A stretch of DNA of 64,000 bases from Ramazzottius varieornatus (lineage: Eukaryota; Animalia; Tardigrada). The stretch covers positions 7,762,149-7,826,148 of the forward strand of contig BDGG01000001.1 in NCBI GenBank assembly GCA_001949185.1. Direction: 5' to 3'. Positions 62,156 through 64,000 of the stretch are shown piece by piece. The notes beneath the pieces are model-generated. The model had not been told where the DNA came from and ran no database searches. It worked only from the letters and a program-made list of their open reading frames with translations. The stretch's first letter is position 1. Every line of letters starts with the position of its first letter. The position numbers were made by a program, and so were the translations under genes.

Positions 62156-62497
62156 TACCACATTAACGTTGAATGAATATCCGCACCCACGACGACGCCA
62201 CTTTGTTGTTCAAGCGTGTTAGGATTCTAATTTGGGATTGCTGGTTAAGTCTATAGCAAATCTGCTGTACGGTTTTGTGGCTGGGTAACAATTAAACGTA
62301 TAGCCAAGCTATACATTGTATAAAAATTACAAAATCCATCTCAGTAAGTGATCACCCGACTGAAGACAACAATTGAATTGTGGATGTACTGGGGATAACA
62401 GCAGAGAGGCATTTCGTACGCTGTAGATCAACATGGCTTCAAATCGAAACGTCACAAGGGAGCTTGCTATCACCGAAGTTTACTACCTGTATCAGTA

Positions 62498-62697
62498 CAC
62501 GCACGACGGGAAATTACGGGGCCAGTAAAAATTATGGTACAGGCCTTTTCGCTACGGCGGTACGGAAGCACGTACGTACGCGACTGATTCACAGGAATAC
62601 ACCTTTGGACACTTTTCTACGTTTGAATTTGAGTTTTGCCGTCTTTTCCGCCTGGTCCCATAATTTGTACTGGCCCCATAGTTTCCCGTCGTGCGTG
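62498..62697. mobile_element. TA-flanked MITE, family T copy 3 (200 bp, opposite orientation)
   Basis: TA-CACGCACGACGGGAAATTACGGGGCCAGTA ... TACTGGCCCCATAGTTTCCCGTCGTGCGTG-TA. Confidence 0.9.
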
Positions 62698-62955
62698 TAC
62701 CGTAACTACGTGTAAACACTAGGAGTGAGTTGATTAGCAAGGCAGAAGGTCTAAGTTCAGCGTCGACCTGCTCCATGTTCAACTGGGCGCTGCGTCTATG
62801 TGTAATAATCTTCTCCAGCGTCGACTAGAGCAAGGCAAATAACGAGACATTCCACAGTACTGTAAATTCACTCCGTACTGTCGTTCTGAGCTAAACGGGC
62901 CATTGAAAAACATGATGATGATAAACGGGCTACTAATCACAGCCCTTTGAAAAAG

Positions 62956-63879
62956 ATGATCGTTGCTGCTTACGTTCTTCCCCACGGAGGTCTAGCACTG
63001 GATCCATCCCACACGGAATTTACCAGTTCCACCGACCAACAGCTGGCGCAGTCGCTGCATGACAGCCTCATTCTGTCAAGTCAAGATGTTGCTGAGCAAA
63101 ACCCCGACATTATCTTTCTCAGCACACCTCACGGCTTCCTCGACGTGGACCGCTTCCTCGTCTACCTCAATCACAAAGCAGCCGGCCTCGCCTCTCCTGA
63201 TAACTGCAAAGACGCTAAGAATGGTTCAGTTGATTTATCCATCACTCTGGCTGCAAAGGAAAGTTTGGACTTGGTCCAACACTTGAAAAAGAGCCATAAA
63301 GTTTCTGGGATTAGCGTTTTTGGTCCTCCGGCTGGTTCCAGCTCACCACAAATTCGCCTTTCGGCTGATCAATCATTCGATCAAACTGCCATGCCTCTTC
63401 GGTGGGGAGAGGTTATACCGTTGTATTTCATCCCCAAGATGCAAGACAGAAGAACTATTATCCTATCACATCCTAGTCGACGGTATGACCATCCGGAAAC
63501 TATGATACCCGAGCTTCTTCATTTGGGTCGCTCGCTGTTTCTTCAACTGGACCGTTTGAAAGAGCGAGTTGTCGTGATCATCTCGGCTGACCTAGCTCAT
63601 ACACACCAAAAGGATGGACCTTATGGATATTCGCCGTCAGCCCAGGCTTTTGATGATGCCATTGGAGAGTGGTTACAGACTTTGGAACCAGCACCTTTGT
63701 TAGAGACTGCGGCAACGTATGTGAACGAAGCCCTGTCGTGCGGATATACGGGTTTAGTGCTGCTGCATGGAATGCTGTCCGAAGATGGGCTAAGGACCTG
63801 GAAGCCAAATTTACTCATCAATGCTCATCCTACTTACTATGGCATGGCGATCGCTAGTATGAAACGATCTTTCAATTGA
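62956..63879 (+). CDS. LigB/MEMO-fold protein (class III extradiol dioxygenase-like), intronless
   Basis: VLPHG; PDIIFLSTPHG; LRWGEVIPLYF; VVVIISADLAHTH..DGPYGYS; ALSCG; PTYYGM. Confidence 0.85.
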   Translation: MIVAAYVLPHGGLALDPSHTEFTSSTDQQLAQSLHDSLILSSQDVAEQNPDIIFLSTPHGFLDVDRFLVYLNHKAAGLASPDNCKDAKNGSVDLSITLAAKESLDLVQHLKKSHKVSGISVFGPPAGSSSPQIRLSADQSFDQTAMPLRWGEVIPLYFIPKMQDRRTIILSHPSRRYDHPETMIPELLHLGRSLFLQLDRLKERVVVIISADLAHTHQKDGPYGYSPSAQAFDDAIGEWLQTLEPAPLLETAATYVNEALSCGYTGLVLLHGMLSEDGLRTWKPNLLINAHPTYYGMAIASMKRSFN

Positions 63880-64000
63880 TCACCTCCCGGCCGAACATCG
63901 CATTGCACTGATGAACTCTCCTTCTCAACGCGTACTCTAGACGTAGTGTCAATCTTTTCCATCCTTTCCGATCTTGATTTGTTGATTGGAGAGCACGAAA

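Overview
A 64-kb piece of a compact, intron-rich invertebrate genome. Most introns are GT-AG and about 55-100 nt, and there is one 50-N assembly gap at 61921-61970. Gene density, tiny introns and gene families suggest a eutardigrade such as Ramazzottius; this is inference, not shown by the sequence. Recognisable spliced genes, in order: a large multi-C-type-lectin (mannose-receptor-like) gene running off the left edge, sigma-class GST, TTC30/IFT70, a KH-domain protein, DDB1, a DGAT2/MOGAT acyltransferase, a bacterial-type SAM methyltransferase, MMADHC, CCDC103 head-to-head with FAM187A, a Kazal protein, an ACL4-like TPR chaperone, NUDT14, a lipocalin-like secreted protein and a Myb/SANT-like protein. 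Intronless ORFs are a YvgO-like plus LysM fusion, a CECR2-like protein and a LigB/MEMO-like protein. There are also pseudogene relics (two F-box, one CCDC103, one BTB/SPOP, one lipocalin-like) and DNA transposons with visible TIRs and target-site duplications (a 3.2-kb hAT with a nested MITE, a Mutator-type MITE, three copies of a TA-flanked MITE, a foldback across the gap). The three most notable observations: (1) about 19 copies of a modular palindromic element, CAAGTGGCGCACG-N23-CGTGCGCCACTTG in 1-3 tandem units, almost all in introns, with a nearly fixed 23-nt spacer whose sequence diverges more than the arms; (2) the intronless bacterial-like YvgO-LysM fusion; (3) CCDC103-FAM187A adjacency, which I recall also holds in vertebrates. 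All family assignments come from motif recognition from memory, not database searches.
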